Positions 50,113 through 63,923 are shown, counted from the stretch's first letter. The stretch is DNA of 64,000 nucleotides from Cetorhinus maximus (GCF_964194155.1 NC_135881.1:150536001-150600000), one strand, 5' to 3'. Notes: generated from the letters alone by a model not told the origin. Numbers and translations are program-made.

Positions 50113-50619
50113 TCCCAGGCTAAGGGAAGGCTTCCTGAAACCTGCAGGCCCCAAAAAAGATCTTCACTGTAGAGTGCTGACCTGAAGGTTTTGAGTCCGG
50201 TCCAAGCAGCTGGTATGCACACAGGCAAGTATCAGTAACCTTCCAAATTATATATCTGACTGAGCACATTCGCGACCTCACTGACCCCTATTATCCCAAC
50301 CCCTGGATGAGGTTTATACAAATGTAGCCTACCCATCTGCCCGTCACACCCGTGAGACGACCTGAAGATCACACGGTCCCCGAAGAATTGTCATCAATTG
50401 GTGCCTCAAGGGCCTTAAGTGGCCTGTTAATTAATGGCGGGCACACATTGGATATCATCGCGCGCCCGCCCATTGAAATATCCCAATGGCGCGCCATGCT
50501 GTCGGGACGCTCGCCAGACGTCACCGTGCGTTATTTTATGCATCGGTGTACAGGGCCCGCACCCGCACGACAACGGGAGTATTCTGCCCCATGTGTCCTG
50601 GTCATCTGGTTAACTAGTC

Positions 50620-50740
50620 ATTAATCTTACAAGTTTCTGTGGGATATTGCTGCTGCATTTGCTTGCAAAACAACTGGGAGTGCACTTCTGAAGCTCTTGT
50701 TGCAGTCATAAAAGGCACTATGTATATGCAAATTCTTTTG
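50620..50740 (+). mobile_element. DeuSINE 3' remnant
   Basis: ...GTCATAAAAGGCACTATGTATATGCAAATTCTTTT resembles the SINE tail. Confidence 0.5.
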
Positions 50741-53307
50741 TTTACATATGATTCCACTTTTAACATTTGCTTATTAAAAACAATTTCAGACTGCAAAAAA
50801 CATGCACCTTATGGTAATTCTTGAGTAAATTGGTCTGTATTACAAAGTATATCATATATATAATTGACATACTTTTAATAATAAAATGTATAGCTAAAAC
50901 TATTTCCTATTAATGTTTTATAAGTCAATTCAACATCAATTAGGCTGATAGTTTCCATATGGCCCTTAAAATACTCTGATTCATATTTAGATCATTAATA
51001 TCGGTTTGCAAATACAGCTCCAGGTGTTTAAGGAAAAATGCAGGCGGCATTACTGCTCTGCACAATGAATAATCCAAGCTACTACCTCTAGTGCCATGAG
51101 TTCAAATCATGGCAGCGTTTTATATGACTGCAATAGTCATACATATAGGCAGTAATCATCTGACAGTACGCTAGCAATGGGGAATTTCACCCACCAGTTG
51201 TGCACATCTGAAAATTGGGGATACATTGCCCATGACTTATCCTGCAAGGAGGATAGGGTCCCTGCCCTGATTGTGTACTCTGTAAAATCATTTCTGGAGT
51301 GCTTGGCATTCTTCTAATGTGATTCTCTTTACATAATCTACTCTTATAAATGTCTAACTTTTCTCTCTATGATATACCCTTGACAACAGCAGTGAAAAAA
51401 ATACAAATCCATATTACTTGAGAAATCTACAAATTCTACTAAAGGGTAGCACTCTCCTTAAATCACATTAGTTCACCAAATTCTCTTTATTCACTTCATG
51501 AAGACTTCACATATTATGGAGAATTTATTGAATTGATATTTATGTCATCCTGTAAGCCATTGATTATTGTGCTGTAGTTGGTAGCATTGTCACTGTGCCA
51601 TTGGCAATCAGTTTGAGATCTGCACAGTCAAAAATGTTATGAAAAGATAAACAGAGTAATTTTTCAAGTCAGAGCCTTGCCCAGCGGCAGTGCAAATCAG
51701 TAATTCATGGGGTACACATCTCATGTATTTTGGACCATTCATTTTATTGGTTAGCAAATTGCAGGCAGTGCACCTCTGAATTTCCAGTAGACAGTGGAAG
51801 ACTCTCTGACTCAAAAAATTGCCCCAAAATGATGATCTAAAAATGCCTGAATTCTGAAATAAAGCTTGAAAAAGCTAGTTATCATTTTAAATGGGACCCT
51901 TTCAGATGGCAATTGGCCTGCTGTGAACTCCCAAAATAATCTCTGTGTACCACATTACAATACATTCTTGCTTAAATTTAAATATAAATATAAATATTTA
52001 AACAAATAAAGTTATTTCCAGAACTTGCAGTTCAGAGTATTTAAACTGCAAAAATCGCTGAAAGCTACTGCTCACTTTACAGAACATGACATTAAATTGA
52101 ACAAACTGGGATATACACAAAATTAAATTTAAAAGCTCATAACTTAGTATCATCTGAGTCAGAGGTGATAGATTTCATTTACAGAGTGAATCTAAAGCTG
52201 TTCAGGGTCAGTAGGATATGGACCATTTCAAGTCTACTGCAAAGTCTGATGGAGTTGATTAATTTGTTGGAACTAAGCTTTGTCTTCTCCAGCTCACTGA
52301 ACAACTTCATTTCAGCTGATGAGTTCAAGTCGGGGTCAGAACAATCCGCATATCTGACAATTCAAGTAAATGGGAATTAATTTTATGAGTTAGTGCAAGG
52401 CAGCATAGTTAGAACTGAACAAAAAACTATTATGTCAAACAAGCATCAAACTAAAATTCATGTAGCGTGTTGAAATACATACTTCATGGTTGCATTCTTC
52501 TCCGACACTCTATGAGTTGTGTGTTCACACAAATAAATATAGCTATTAATATATGGCCTGTCCTTCCAAAGCATTATGGTTAGGCTCGCAAATAATTGAA
52601 TCTCTGCCGATTATGATCTCACTAAATTAATAGACCTTTCTTATGTGATGTGAATGAACAGACTGGGCCTCCACAGCTGTGTGCTGAAAAATTAATGTCC
52701 AGTTCAACTTTTATGTTCAGATAATAGCAAACTAGAGTGCGGCACTGGGATAGTTCTCCGATACGAGTGCGCAAGGAAATAGGTAGAACTGATCTTAACA
52801 GAAACTGTCTTTCATGTGCCGACAGCATAGCTTAGGAGAAGCCCTTAGGGAACAAATTACCTTTGTAAATCAGAATCCCCAGATTCTGGATTTCTCGTGA
52901 CTTCTCTTTTTTTATCAGTAGTCACTCTCTGGCTGAATGTGAATAATGAAAGTATACTTCATTAACTTCAGAACACAGGAATAAGTCTGAAGACTGAAAC
53001 ATTTTCTCCTAAATAGCTTACAAAAGCTCACTGTTACTGCAGCTAAAAACATGGAATGATGCATTTGACAAGGGAAGGTCAATTGACCTGAAAAAAAATA
53101 TTCAGGTTGAACTGCATTTAAATATATCCTAGATATAGGAATATTTGTCATTTAAAATCTCCTGCTAATTACAAGAGGACAATAAGTATTGAATGATTCC
53201 ACATTTCAAATAAGTCTGGGGAGGGCAAATCTAATTTGTCAACTTTCTGAGCTGTCCCAGTGCACTTCTCAGTATCCATCAAGCCTTGAGCCTGTAACAT
53301 AAGGAGA

Positions 53308-53410
53308 ATGTCATTATGGGACTCAAATCACACTGTGATATCAATAACAAATACAATAGCATGTCATTATGACTGTCAAATCATACTGATATATCAGTAA
53401 CAAATACAAT
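53308..53410 (+). repeat. 53-bp tandem duplication
   Basis: ATGTCATTATG...CAAATCA...TATCARTAACAAATACAAT at 53308 and 53361. Confidence 0.85.
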
Positions 53411-53747
53411 GACAGATGTGTATAAAATTCCAGTCCACTATATTAATCCATTTATTACTAATATCATACAACATCATTTAAAATCCTACAGCCAAGGAAT
53501 TAGATTTGACATTATCAGCAGATAGACAGTTTCAGGGGCCGATATTCATTTTAAGCATAGCTGAAGGGCAATGCGATTGCCCCATCTGCCTGATGTTCCT
53601 GGGCAGAGGCCCTGCCTTTTTGGGGGCAGGTTTACATTCCATTTAATTGGGGAGCTGCGAACACCCAATCAGTGTTCGCAGGCAGGTTGCTGATGAGGAT
53701 GGGCAGGAAATCCAAAACTCCTCTGTGGAGCCCAGTTGGAAATAATG

Positions 53748-54435
53748 TGGCAGAATTTTTAGGTTGGCGGGCAGGAGCGATCGGCGGGTCTGGGATTGGC
53801 CAGGGAATGGACTGCCAACCTCGATCAGCCCCCTACCGTGATTTCATGCCAGCTGGCCAATTAACAGCCAGCCAGGGTGAAGAGCGCGCTGAAATGCTCA
53901 GCGTTGCTGGGATGGGGGTGGGAGGAGGGCGGGCGCTGACATCAGTGTGGGCACAGGCTAGCGCTGAATGAAAGGTCCCTGAAGGCAGAGGGCTGCCTCA
54001 GGGAGCTGAAGGCTTGAAAACAATTAAATAAAGTTTTTAAAATCAGAAAAAAAATGTCTAAGCATCACAATCAGTCACCTGACCATATACATGATAAAAA
54101 TGCTGTCCATAGATTTTATTTTTTTTCATTTGATAATGGAAATCTCATCCCGCCCTTGAATGAGGTTTCATGAAAACTGCAAAGTCCGCCTATCCATTTC
54201 GCCCGTCCGCCAGCTGTAAGGTTGGGTGGATCACAAAAAATCAGAGACAATTGCAACTTAATTACACTAATTGGCCTCTTAATTGTCAGCAGGCGCGGTT
54301 CCGACTTCTGTGCGCGCCCACCGACCAAAGTATCACGTGAGCGCAGGATAACGTTGGGACACTCAACTGGCATCATCTCATGCGATTTCGCATCCAATCG
54401 GGTCAGACCTGCATGCCAACCTTAAAGTTCTGCCC
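53748..54435 (-). mobile_element. MITE family A copy
   Basis: TGGCAGAATTTTTAGG...CCTTAAAGTTCTGCCC; hairpins CCCTGAAGGCAG/CTGCCTCAGGG and GAAATCTCATCC/ATGAGGTTTC. Confidence 0.82.
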
Positions 54436-57355
54436 AATGGATTAAAGGGGAGGGAGATATATGTGAGGATGTGTATGGGGGAGAAATGGGGCTGAACTGC
54501 CAGCAGGAACAAAGAGGAGCACTGATACAAACCCACCCTGGCCTAACAAAAATTAAATACCACAGTGTTCCAGGCAGTGTTTCTCAGGGGTTGGCATGGA
54601 GGATATGCCGGTCAGTAAGGGTAGATGTGATTATTATGTATGGGGAGTGGGTGGGGGGCGTGTGAGGGGATGCGAGGGATGAGTGCTAGAGGACCTGGGA
54701 CAAAGTCTCAAAGAACCAAGGTGGGCCTATTAACCAGCCCACCGCAGAGCTCATCAGCTCCTGTGGCTGCCTCCGAGTACTATAGATAAAATTTGTCTCA
54801 CAAATGTTTTATTCAGTACGAATGAATGACACAAATTCTAGGATAAAAATGGTTCAAGCTAGGTGCGTTGAGGTGGATTTGGTATGCAAAACAAGCAATT
54901 ATAAGCAAAACAAGCATTAGCTGTTGGAGCACCTTCATATTTATGTTTTATAACAATTTCTTTGAAGTTTGTAAAGTGCACTCCTAATGGAGACAATGGG
55001 AGAACCCAAAGTCATCAACTATTAGTGTTGCAATTTGGAGACATACATTCAATGTAATTCATAGCCATCACTGAAGAATCAACTTTGGCAAGTATTTACA
55101 GTGCTGCAACTAATTGACTGGAGCAGGCACAGCCAATCTGCCAGTTTTAGAGTCTGATGTTCTCACACCTCACTAATATATTTTCATATGATGAAAATGT
55201 CTCAACAAAAAATGTCCTAAAAGCATGATAATCTTTAAGAAAGTTTATCCTGTGGCAAGGTTAAAATCCTGAAACAATTCAAGCAATGTCAGTCAATGAG
55301 GGCTCAAAATTGACATAGAGAGAAATTAACCAATGGCCAGGCACCCTACCTGTCTTTATAAAGGATGAAAACAACCAATCATCTCTCAATAAACCCCTCA
55401 TGATATCAACCTTCCACAATGTTGAGCACATGACCTCCCAGGATGAATTAGACAACAGAAATATCCTGGGGTGGGGCAGTTGGTGCTTGGAGAATGCTGA
55501 ATGAAGAGGTAATACTTAAAATTATGTTTGATTGTAACATCATGGAAGCACTTCATGTAAAAATACATTACTGCAAAAAATGAATATTATTGTCCTTATG
55601 TTGATTGGGTTTTAACAGCATGGAATGAGAAATGACTCATCAAGCCTATAACTTCCATAAGGCCGGCTTCACCTACTTAATCGCCTGAGAGATGCTTTTG
55701 TAGAAAAGACTTATTGATCCTCAAATTCAATCATAAAATGTTTGACTGCACCATTTCTCACCATTATTTAATACAGACCTGATGGGATAGTAACTGGTCC
55801 TCAATACACCTGTTTTACTTAAAACTAGAACAAAAAAGGACCCCAATTTCAGAGTTAAATGTTCTGTTGCCCAAGGATTGCTCAACTACATTCAATCTGA
55901 AAACAGGCCCTTTGGATACACTAATAAGGTGGCTGTTCAAGGACCCATACAAGAAATTGTGTTGCCTTACGAAATGAAGCAGGCCTCGGGCCTACTCTTG
56001 GATGCAACCTAGCTGGTGACAGGCACCAAAAATAAGTGAATTTAAAAAAAAAATTCTGGGGATTCAGGAGGAGTGAAAGATTCTCCCAACCTCCATGGTA
56101 CTTCCATCTATTATTTTTGGCCATGATCAGCTCCCTTCTTGCTATTGTCACCCTCTCCAGGGAATTGAGAAGAACTGCTGGTGTCTGAAATTGGATTCTT
56201 CCATCAATGAGTTGACAACGGGATTTGAGCAGTGCCAGCAGCTAACCCTGAATATTTAGATGAGGCTGGGGACAAATTCATTGTGATCCTTTGGCCCACA
56301 TCTTAGGAAGCCTAGCTCACACCAGTAGGCCAGAGCTCTGCAATTTCTACCCCGGTGCTTTCTTATCCCCACTCTCGCCCAAAGCTAGGAATCAATATGA
56401 ATTATCAATTAGGCTTTAATAAAGTCAAACAGTACAAGGAAAAATTCCAAAATGCTACATGATAGTGTAGGTTCTCTGGTAAGTAATATGGATGAGATCT
56501 TTTAAATAAGAACACACTTCAAAATAAACTTGTATCAGCATTTTTTAGAAAAATTACCATTGACTTTTTAAAGTCACATGCAATTCTTTAAACGTAGTGC
56601 AAATTATTGCAATCTCTAACCTTCCAATTCATACACATTTGACTCAAGGATCCTTCCAAATCCCTGACTCAATTTTGCTTCAGGCTTGACTTGAATACAT
56701 GTGCATTTTCCATTTGACTAGAAGGCCTGCAGGGCATTTTGTGTACACAAATGCAGTTGCATACAGTTCACTTTAAAATGGCTGTAAATGGAAATAGTTA
56801 CATTTCTTTTTAGGAACACCCAGGTAGTAAGGCTTTTTATTTTCTTACTGATCACTTAATATCATTAACACCCACTGGTTAATTGTTACATGGGGCTAAA
56901 ATGATGTCTGTACAGGCAATGGAATCCTGCATCATGGGGAAGGCACATGTTTGCTCCTCCTGCTGCTCTCTAGTAAGAAAGAATGAGATGTAGTCAAAAT
57001 TCCTCAAATAGACAGGCTCAGTGGACTCCCTCGTGCAGTATCAGATGCCAAACTATGCAACGATGCAAATATCTCCAGCTCCATCCTGGAAAAAAACACA
57101 CGCTTAAAAGCTCATGGCATTGATCACATTCACAACCATTGGCGATACGATACCTCTCCCTGCCCTGAAGTTGCAGATGTGACTGCAGCAGGTGCCAGAT
57201 TTCAGTGAGGACATCCTTAGTGAAGCTTAGCTATTTCCTACTGAGTTTCAGGTAGGATAATTGCTCTCTATGATTACCCTGTGCAGATATATGACCTCCT
57301 TCTGACAGCTCTTCTCCTTCTCCTCTTCCTCCCTCTTCTAGCAGCTTGCTATACT

Positions 57356-57460
57356 CAGAACATAGGAACAAAGGAACAGGAGTAGGCCATTTAGCCCTTC
57401 AAGCCTGTTTTGCCAGTCAGTGAGATCTTGGTTGACCTGTGATTTAACTCCATTGTAGTC
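57356..57460 (-). mobile_element. CR1 3' end fragment
   Basis: AGAACATAGGAACAAAGGAACAGGAGTAGGCCATTTAGCCC. Confidence 0.72.
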
Positions 57461-58452
57461 CTGGCTTTTTGAAAGAAGCACACTCACTCGGTATTCTGTA
57501 CTCTAGGAGTAGGGTGTGGGCTGGAGTCAGGGTGGATCCTGAGGCAGGCATGAGGTGGCAATGGGGGGGAGTAGATGGTGAGGTTGACAGATTAAAAGGC
57601 TCACCTCCATTTACTCTGGCATTGGTCTGGTTCAATTCATGGTTGTCTGGCCATATGTTCAGCCTGGATCTGTTGATACAGTCCCAGGTGGCCTCATTAT
57701 GAATGCATGGCTGAGCTCTAAGACTGACTAATGCAGTTTAAATGGCTGACTTTTTTTTTCTGTTTCATGAGCATTTCAAAGAGTAGCCAATGTTATTAAA
57801 TAGCTCATTGCTTCTATACCTAGTGACTATCTGAAAAGTGTTTCAAAGGTTCAGCACATGTCAAGACATTAGATCAACATGGAAAAAATCCACAGGATTG
57901 CCTGCATACATTAATATCTGATTGTCTATACTGTTGAATGCAGAAGAGGATTGTATCAACTGGAGAAAGGACTCTAATGCATCCAAACCCTTATGCGGTG
58001 TTGGGCAATTTAATGGTCTCTTACCTTTTAAGAATAGAGTCCTTTGAGCAATCATTACACTGAAAATATATTTAAATCATCATATACCATTACATTATAA
58101 CAGTTGAAGTTGGCAAGGGCTTTTAAACTTACCTGCAAAAAGGTTCCCAACTCCATAGCAGGCTTCCCACAAGGTTCACAAACTGACTTACCTGACATGG
58201 TTCCCACAGCCTTCAGGCACCCACCTGCCTTAACCAAAGTAGCAAAGGCAGGGAAACTTGAATTTGCAGCAGGAATTTAACTAGTGAATCCAATGTTCCT
58301 TTAAGTCAGCATTAAATGTCCCACCACATTTCCTGACTCAGTGAAAGTGGCAGAACAGTAATTGGAGGGGAAGTTTAAAAATGCAGCCCCCATGCCTCCC
58401 ATTTTGTCCTCCTGACAAAGGTTTGTGCAGTGTTGGGAGACGAAAATTCAGC

Positions 58453-59432
58453 CAAACGTTTCAGGTCCATGAACTTTCATCAGAAGACCTGAAACTATAA
58501 CATAGACCATAGTTTTTGCTCCCAGGTCAGGAGCACTTGGTTGGGATAAATCCTGGCTCTGCAAACCCAAACCAGGAAAAAACACTCCAGAAGTTCGGAT
58601 TTTTGTTCCAAGGTAGGGACGGGGGTTGAGGAAATGGGAGTGGCAGCAGGTGACCCACAACCCCCAAAGAAACTCAGAATTTCTAACCACTTGGAGCTGT
58701 CAATCAAACTGTCAACTGACTGGCATCCCACTATGATAATGATAGGTTGTGAAATCGATTTGGTGATGCAGCATTAATCCTGTCAATAGAGTGAAATAGC
58801 AAGCATTGATTTTTTTAACGCTGCAGACTACTTTTTTCTAATATTTAAGGGGCAGAACATTTAAATGCTTTGACAGCTTGACAATTTCTTGAAAGTCCTC
58901 TTGACAGTTCCAGTGAGCTTGACAGTTCCAACGAGTTTATACACTTTTCATGCATATTCATGTCTATTTTTAACAATCCTAAAGGACACCTGACCTCTCC
59001 TAAAGGTGTCTCGGGACCATATACAGAAGGGTACCTTACCTCTCCAAAGAACTCCAGCAGCTTTGGACCTTCTCTACCAGGTCTGAAGTGCACAAGTTGT
59101 GTTTTGGGCATCCCACTAGTCAAAAGCAGGTCTTAGTGAGGCACCTGCACTTTAACATGTGCAGTTGCCTCCATGGACCATGGATGCGCACATTAGAACC
59201 TGCCCTCATCCCCCACTGTGAAAATGGGGGAGGCAAGGTTTTGAGGGTGGGGTTGCTTCTGGATCTGGGCCTCCACTGCCATTTTTGCAGAGACGGAGAG
59301 GCATTCCATCTGCATAAAAATTCTGGCCATAGTTTCTCTCTCCATAGATGCTGCCAGCCCTGCTGAGTATTTACAGCATTTTCTGTTTTCTTTATTTCAT
59401 ATTCCCAGAATCCATAGTAGCTTGCAATTTCA
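58453..59432. repeat. Penelope-type fold-back repeat split by an inserted element
   Basis: AACGTTTCAGGTCCATGAACTTTCATCAGAA, then GACCTGAAAC...[insert]...TTTCTCTCTCCATAGATGCTGCCAGCCCTGCTGAG. Confidence 0.6.
58505..59328. mobile_element. Non-autonomous Harbinger-like element (distinct from family A)
   Basis: Imperfect TIRs GACCATAGTTTTT / AAAAATTCTGGCC; ATA on both flanks; removing it restores the Penelope-type repeat. Confidence 0.6.
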
Positions 59433-59439
59433 AAGCTAA

Positions 59440-61370
59440 AGTATGACTTGTATTATACTGTTTTCTAGTCCACCAGATATAAAGGCCATTGTTCCATTAA
59501 CTTTTTTGATTATTTTCTGTTCATAAGATTTTAATGATCTATGTAAGAGAACCCCAAAGTTTATTTTGGCCTCCACTATTTCTAGCTTCTCACCATTAAG
59601 AAATTACCCTGTTCTATACTTTTTAAGCCCAAAGTCCTCACATTTGCCTGCATTGAGATCCATTTGCCACAGTTTTGCCCATTCACTTCATCTATCAATA
59701 TCTCTTTGTAATTTTATGCTTCCATCTACACTGCTTACAATGTCTTTGTGTCATCAGCAAATTTGAATACAACATTTTCTATCTCATCATCTAAGCCATT
59801 AATAAATATCATGAATAGTTGAGTCCCCAACACAGATCTTTGCAGGGCATCACTAGTCACATTCTGACAATTAAATTATCTGTTAATTATCCCTACTCTG
59901 TCTCCTGCCACTTGAGCAATTTCCTATTCAGGTCAATAATTTGCCTTCAATTCCATGGGTTTCAACTTTAGCAAACAGTCTCTTATGAAGATCTTTATCA
60001 AATGCCTCCTGGAAGTCCATATAAAAAACATCCATAGAGTTTCCCCTGTCCATTACTTTAGTCACCTCTTTTAAAAATTCAGTCATATTCTTCATGGTCT
60101 AACCTACGCTTTCCAAATTCATGCTCGTTCTCTCTGATCAGCTGAAAATTTTCAAGTCACTCTACGCTTAATTATAGACACCAGTAATTTCCCAACAACA
60201 GATGCTGGTTAACTGGTCTATAATTCCCTGGTTTCTCTCTCTCACAATTCTTAAATAGCAGAGGGACTTGCAGACATTTTTTTCATCAAAAGAAATGTTT
60301 CATGAATCGTGAGAGCTTTGGAAGATTATAGTTAGGCATCTGGAATATTCTCACCTACTCCCTATAGAACCCTGGGATGGAGACCATCTGGCCCTGGGGG
60401 TTTGTCACTCTTTAATGCCATTATTTTCTTCATTACTCTTGTTTTGCTTATGTTAATTTTGCTGAGTCGCTGTCCTTGATTCAATATTAGGTTCTTTCAT
60501 ATTTTCAGCATGCTGACCTCTTCCTCAACTGTAAATACTGACACAAAGTAATTATCTGACATATCCACCATTTCCTTATTTTCATTGACAATATCATCAT
60601 GACCAGTTTTCAAGGGAAGCACACTACTCCTGATGACCCACTTTTATCCAATATTATTGTAAAAAAAATTGTATTGATTTTGATATCCCTTGCAAATTTC
60701 TTTGCAAATTCCCCTTTTAAAGCTCTTACTATCTGCTTTGTCACCATTTCCAGTTCTCTGTGCATTTCCCACTCACCATGGTGTGCTCTTTGTTTTGCGT
60801 TCTTATATGCTTTTTCTTTTAGTTTTATGTTGTCTCTTACCATTTTGTCATCCATGATTGTCTTTTTTGAGAAGTAGAGCTCTTGTTCCTTAGGGCTATA
60901 AACTAGTTCTGTATCATATTACATTCTTTTTTTGAGCATCTCTTACTTATCTTCCATCATTTTACCCATTAACAGGTTAGCCCAGTTTACTGCAGACAGT
61001 GCCTGTCTCATCCCAGTGATGTCAGCCTTACCTAAATCTACAATCTTAGTACTTCTTCAAGGTACCTCTTCCTAGAATCTTAGTAGTTGTTTCATGTTTC
61101 TCCATTTCAAACACTTCATTGATCTTAATCATATTATGATCACTATTAGATAAATGCTGATGCACTATTTAACTCTTAACTAAATCTGGTTCATTACTCA
61201 CTCCCAAATATAGTATGGCATTCCTGCTTTTTGGTCCAGGCAATACTGCTGCAGAAAACTATGCCGGGCACACACAAGAAATTCACTACTTTTCAGACAT
61301 GTCTAGTCTGCTTATTCCAATCTATTTGAAAGTTAAAACACCCATTAAAACCAATATGCCTTTGCTAACA
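59440..61370 (-). mobile_element. Old CR1 LINE fragment (APE/linker/RT), heavily decayed
   Basis: Reverse strand gives MDFQEAFDK-like (~60000-60020) and DGLHPRVL-like (~60370-60385) motifs; similar to 37080-37360. Confidence 0.8.
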
Positions 61371-61514
61371 TGCATGCCCTCTGCTCATTCCAATGGGAAT
61401 GCCTACTACTGCACCCATGTCTGGGAGCAATTTATTTCTATGGAAATCCTGAAATCAAGACCAAGTCCATCAGCAACTGCCACACATCTCACTGTAAACA
61501 ATTCTAGAAAGGCC

Positions 61515-61625
61515 ACAATCAGGTCAGCCATGATCTTATTCAATGGTGCAGCAGGCTCAATGGGCTGAGTGGCCTACTCACTTTCCTATTTTTTATGATC
61601 TTATGATCTCCTTATGATCTTATGG
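61515..61625 (+). mobile_element. CR1 3' end fragment
   Basis: CAGCCATGATCTTATTCAATGG...GGCCTACTC...(TCTTATGA)n. Confidence 0.75.
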
Positions 61626-63809
61626 TAGCACCAAACACTTGTACAATCATAGCAACTGCCAGTAGAAATCAGTCAGCAACTAACCTGCAAGTAATTGATG
61701 ATCACTTTAAATTGCACTGATGGGCGTTCCTTCCTGCTGCTGAGTGTGCATTCATTCATGCATGATTAAGAGATGGTATTAGCTGCAGCATTGAGCTCCA
61801 AAATGGTTATACTAGCATCAAATCAGCATTACACAATGATTGACGTCATGATCTATCTACTCAGCATACTTCTGTCAGGTGCTAATTGTACATGCATTGA
61901 TATCCTCAACAATAAAGCAGCCAACACAACTTGTTCTAGAAGAGTGCGCAGGTGCTGTGGATGCCAGTTTGGCCATTTAAGATTACTTGATCACAAAGAA
62001 TGAATGATACGCATCCAAATTTTAGGATGGTAGACCTTATGGAAAGCCTAGATTCTACACACCTGCTTTGGTGTTAAGCACACCAGAATGAAATACAAAC
62101 ACAATACTAATTTCTTATTCTTGAGTTGATAAGTTACCGTATCCTCATTTCTCTTGCTGAGAATACAATACGTACCTACGCCAAAACCAGTCACTTGCAC
62201 CCAACTCGATTTGGCATTGCAGCTCACCTACACTCTGGAATAAAACTTGTGCAGATTTTACAAATGCATCAGATTGGCTTCTTTGGCTTATTGCTTTCTG
62301 GGTGCTCTCACGTGGGATACTGTTATAGGTTTTAATTGCCAACAGTGTTCTCTGATATGTTCTATAAACACCATTTTATTTGAACTTTTCAGTTTCCCTG
62401 GGCACTGCTGCAATCTCTTACTTTTGTTACCCTTGAAATAAAAATGGTGTATTTTATAAATTTTTAACATTGTGTACTTTTTGTTGCTGATGTATTCAGG
62501 CAAGTCACATTTGTGTCTGCACCTACGCATCCAAAGCAAGGAGGCTGACTGCCCCTATTTGTAAACAAGTGTATAAACACAGATACATTAGTGTCACTTC
62601 CCAGCAAACTCAGTGTTAAGAAATGCCAAAGTGTATGTTCGGCAAAACAGTTTGACACAGCAATAATAGATCAATTATTTATCATAGCATTTTCTAAAAA
62701 AAATGATTACCACATTTGTTGCTTTTAAGGAGGTAAGAAGGTATATCTCGAGTCAACCTGCTGAGAAAAAACATGCTAAATGGCTGTACTTTTCAGCCCA
62801 AAGCTTTCAGTGAAAACACTCAACTGCCAAGTAAATACCAAGATTCTAACCTGATTTGTTCTCATTTTTTATTTAATTCATATGAATGGTCTGGCTATAA
62901 AAAGCAAGTGAGCGTAGTGCAAACTGGTGGCTGCCACGTTGTCACTGCTGGTAGCAATGACACCTGACAGAATAGACGCATAAAACCAAATGGAGTCCTA
63001 TAACCTTCATCATAATGCCACAGTACTGAAGGGTCTGAGGCTGGTGACATTGATGGTGCACCAACAAAATGGATTTCTATTGATGAGTCTATCTCTGATC
63101 GTAGTTCATGCCCCCTTTTCAGCACTGGCGTTAACATCACCTGCCTGATGTCAGACACTGCAATGATCACTGCCAGGAGACAGGCTGATGGTCCCAGGTC
63201 TCCCGTGCTGATGATGACTGCTTTGCTGATAGCATCAACTGAATTCAATCACTGTCACAGCTCATTCCCATCCAGCCCTACCAATACCACTGCTATTCCA
63301 GCACATTTCAGCTTATACACCTTTACTTTCATTTCAGGCTTTATCTCTATTTAAAATCACTCTCACACGAAGAAGGCTACTAACATAATGATGCCGGTTA
63401 ACAATTTTGCATTATAGCATGCAAATATCCAGGGATGGGTAAGATGGTTTTGGAGTGTTCTGGTATATTCTATGAGATTTCTGTATTTGCACATTTACTC
63501 AAACTTATGAACTGAATTCAAACCATATATTTGTGGATTGTTTTAAAAAAAAACCCAAGCTAAATCACATGTAAACTAAATTTACATGTCAAGCTATATT
63601 CTGCACTGTCTCAAGAATGGGTCATTGCTATAAAATCTATATCCCCAAGTATTTCCACCTGATATGGGTACTCTGAAGGTTATTTTTTTCCTATTATGAA
63701 ATAGCATAATGCCAAAAATACCCAAATTGCCACAATTTTCAGCCTTGGATCTCACATTTCTTCCACACATGAGCAGTCAATAGGTAGCCACCCCCATCCC
63801 AGCAGCACT

Positions 63810-63923
63810 CAGCATTGCAGCGCGTGAAATCGCGGCCGGGGCCCCAGCGCAGGCAGCGGTTGGTTTTGCGACTGTTCCCGCACCCGCCTACTGCGCCAGC
63901 CCGACGAGGTAAAATTCCTGCCC
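63810..63923 (+). mobile_element. MITE family A right-end fragment
   Basis: GCGTGAAATCGCGG...GGTAAAATTCCTGCCC resembles 43945-44046. Confidence 0.65.

Larger units (their letters stand above)
45800..50590. mobile_element. PIF/Harbinger DNA transposon, left end missing, interrupted by Tx1
   Basis: Myb gene (+) and transposase (-) are convergent; right terminus ...GTATTCTGCCCC is homologous to the MITE family A end. Confidence 0.88.
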
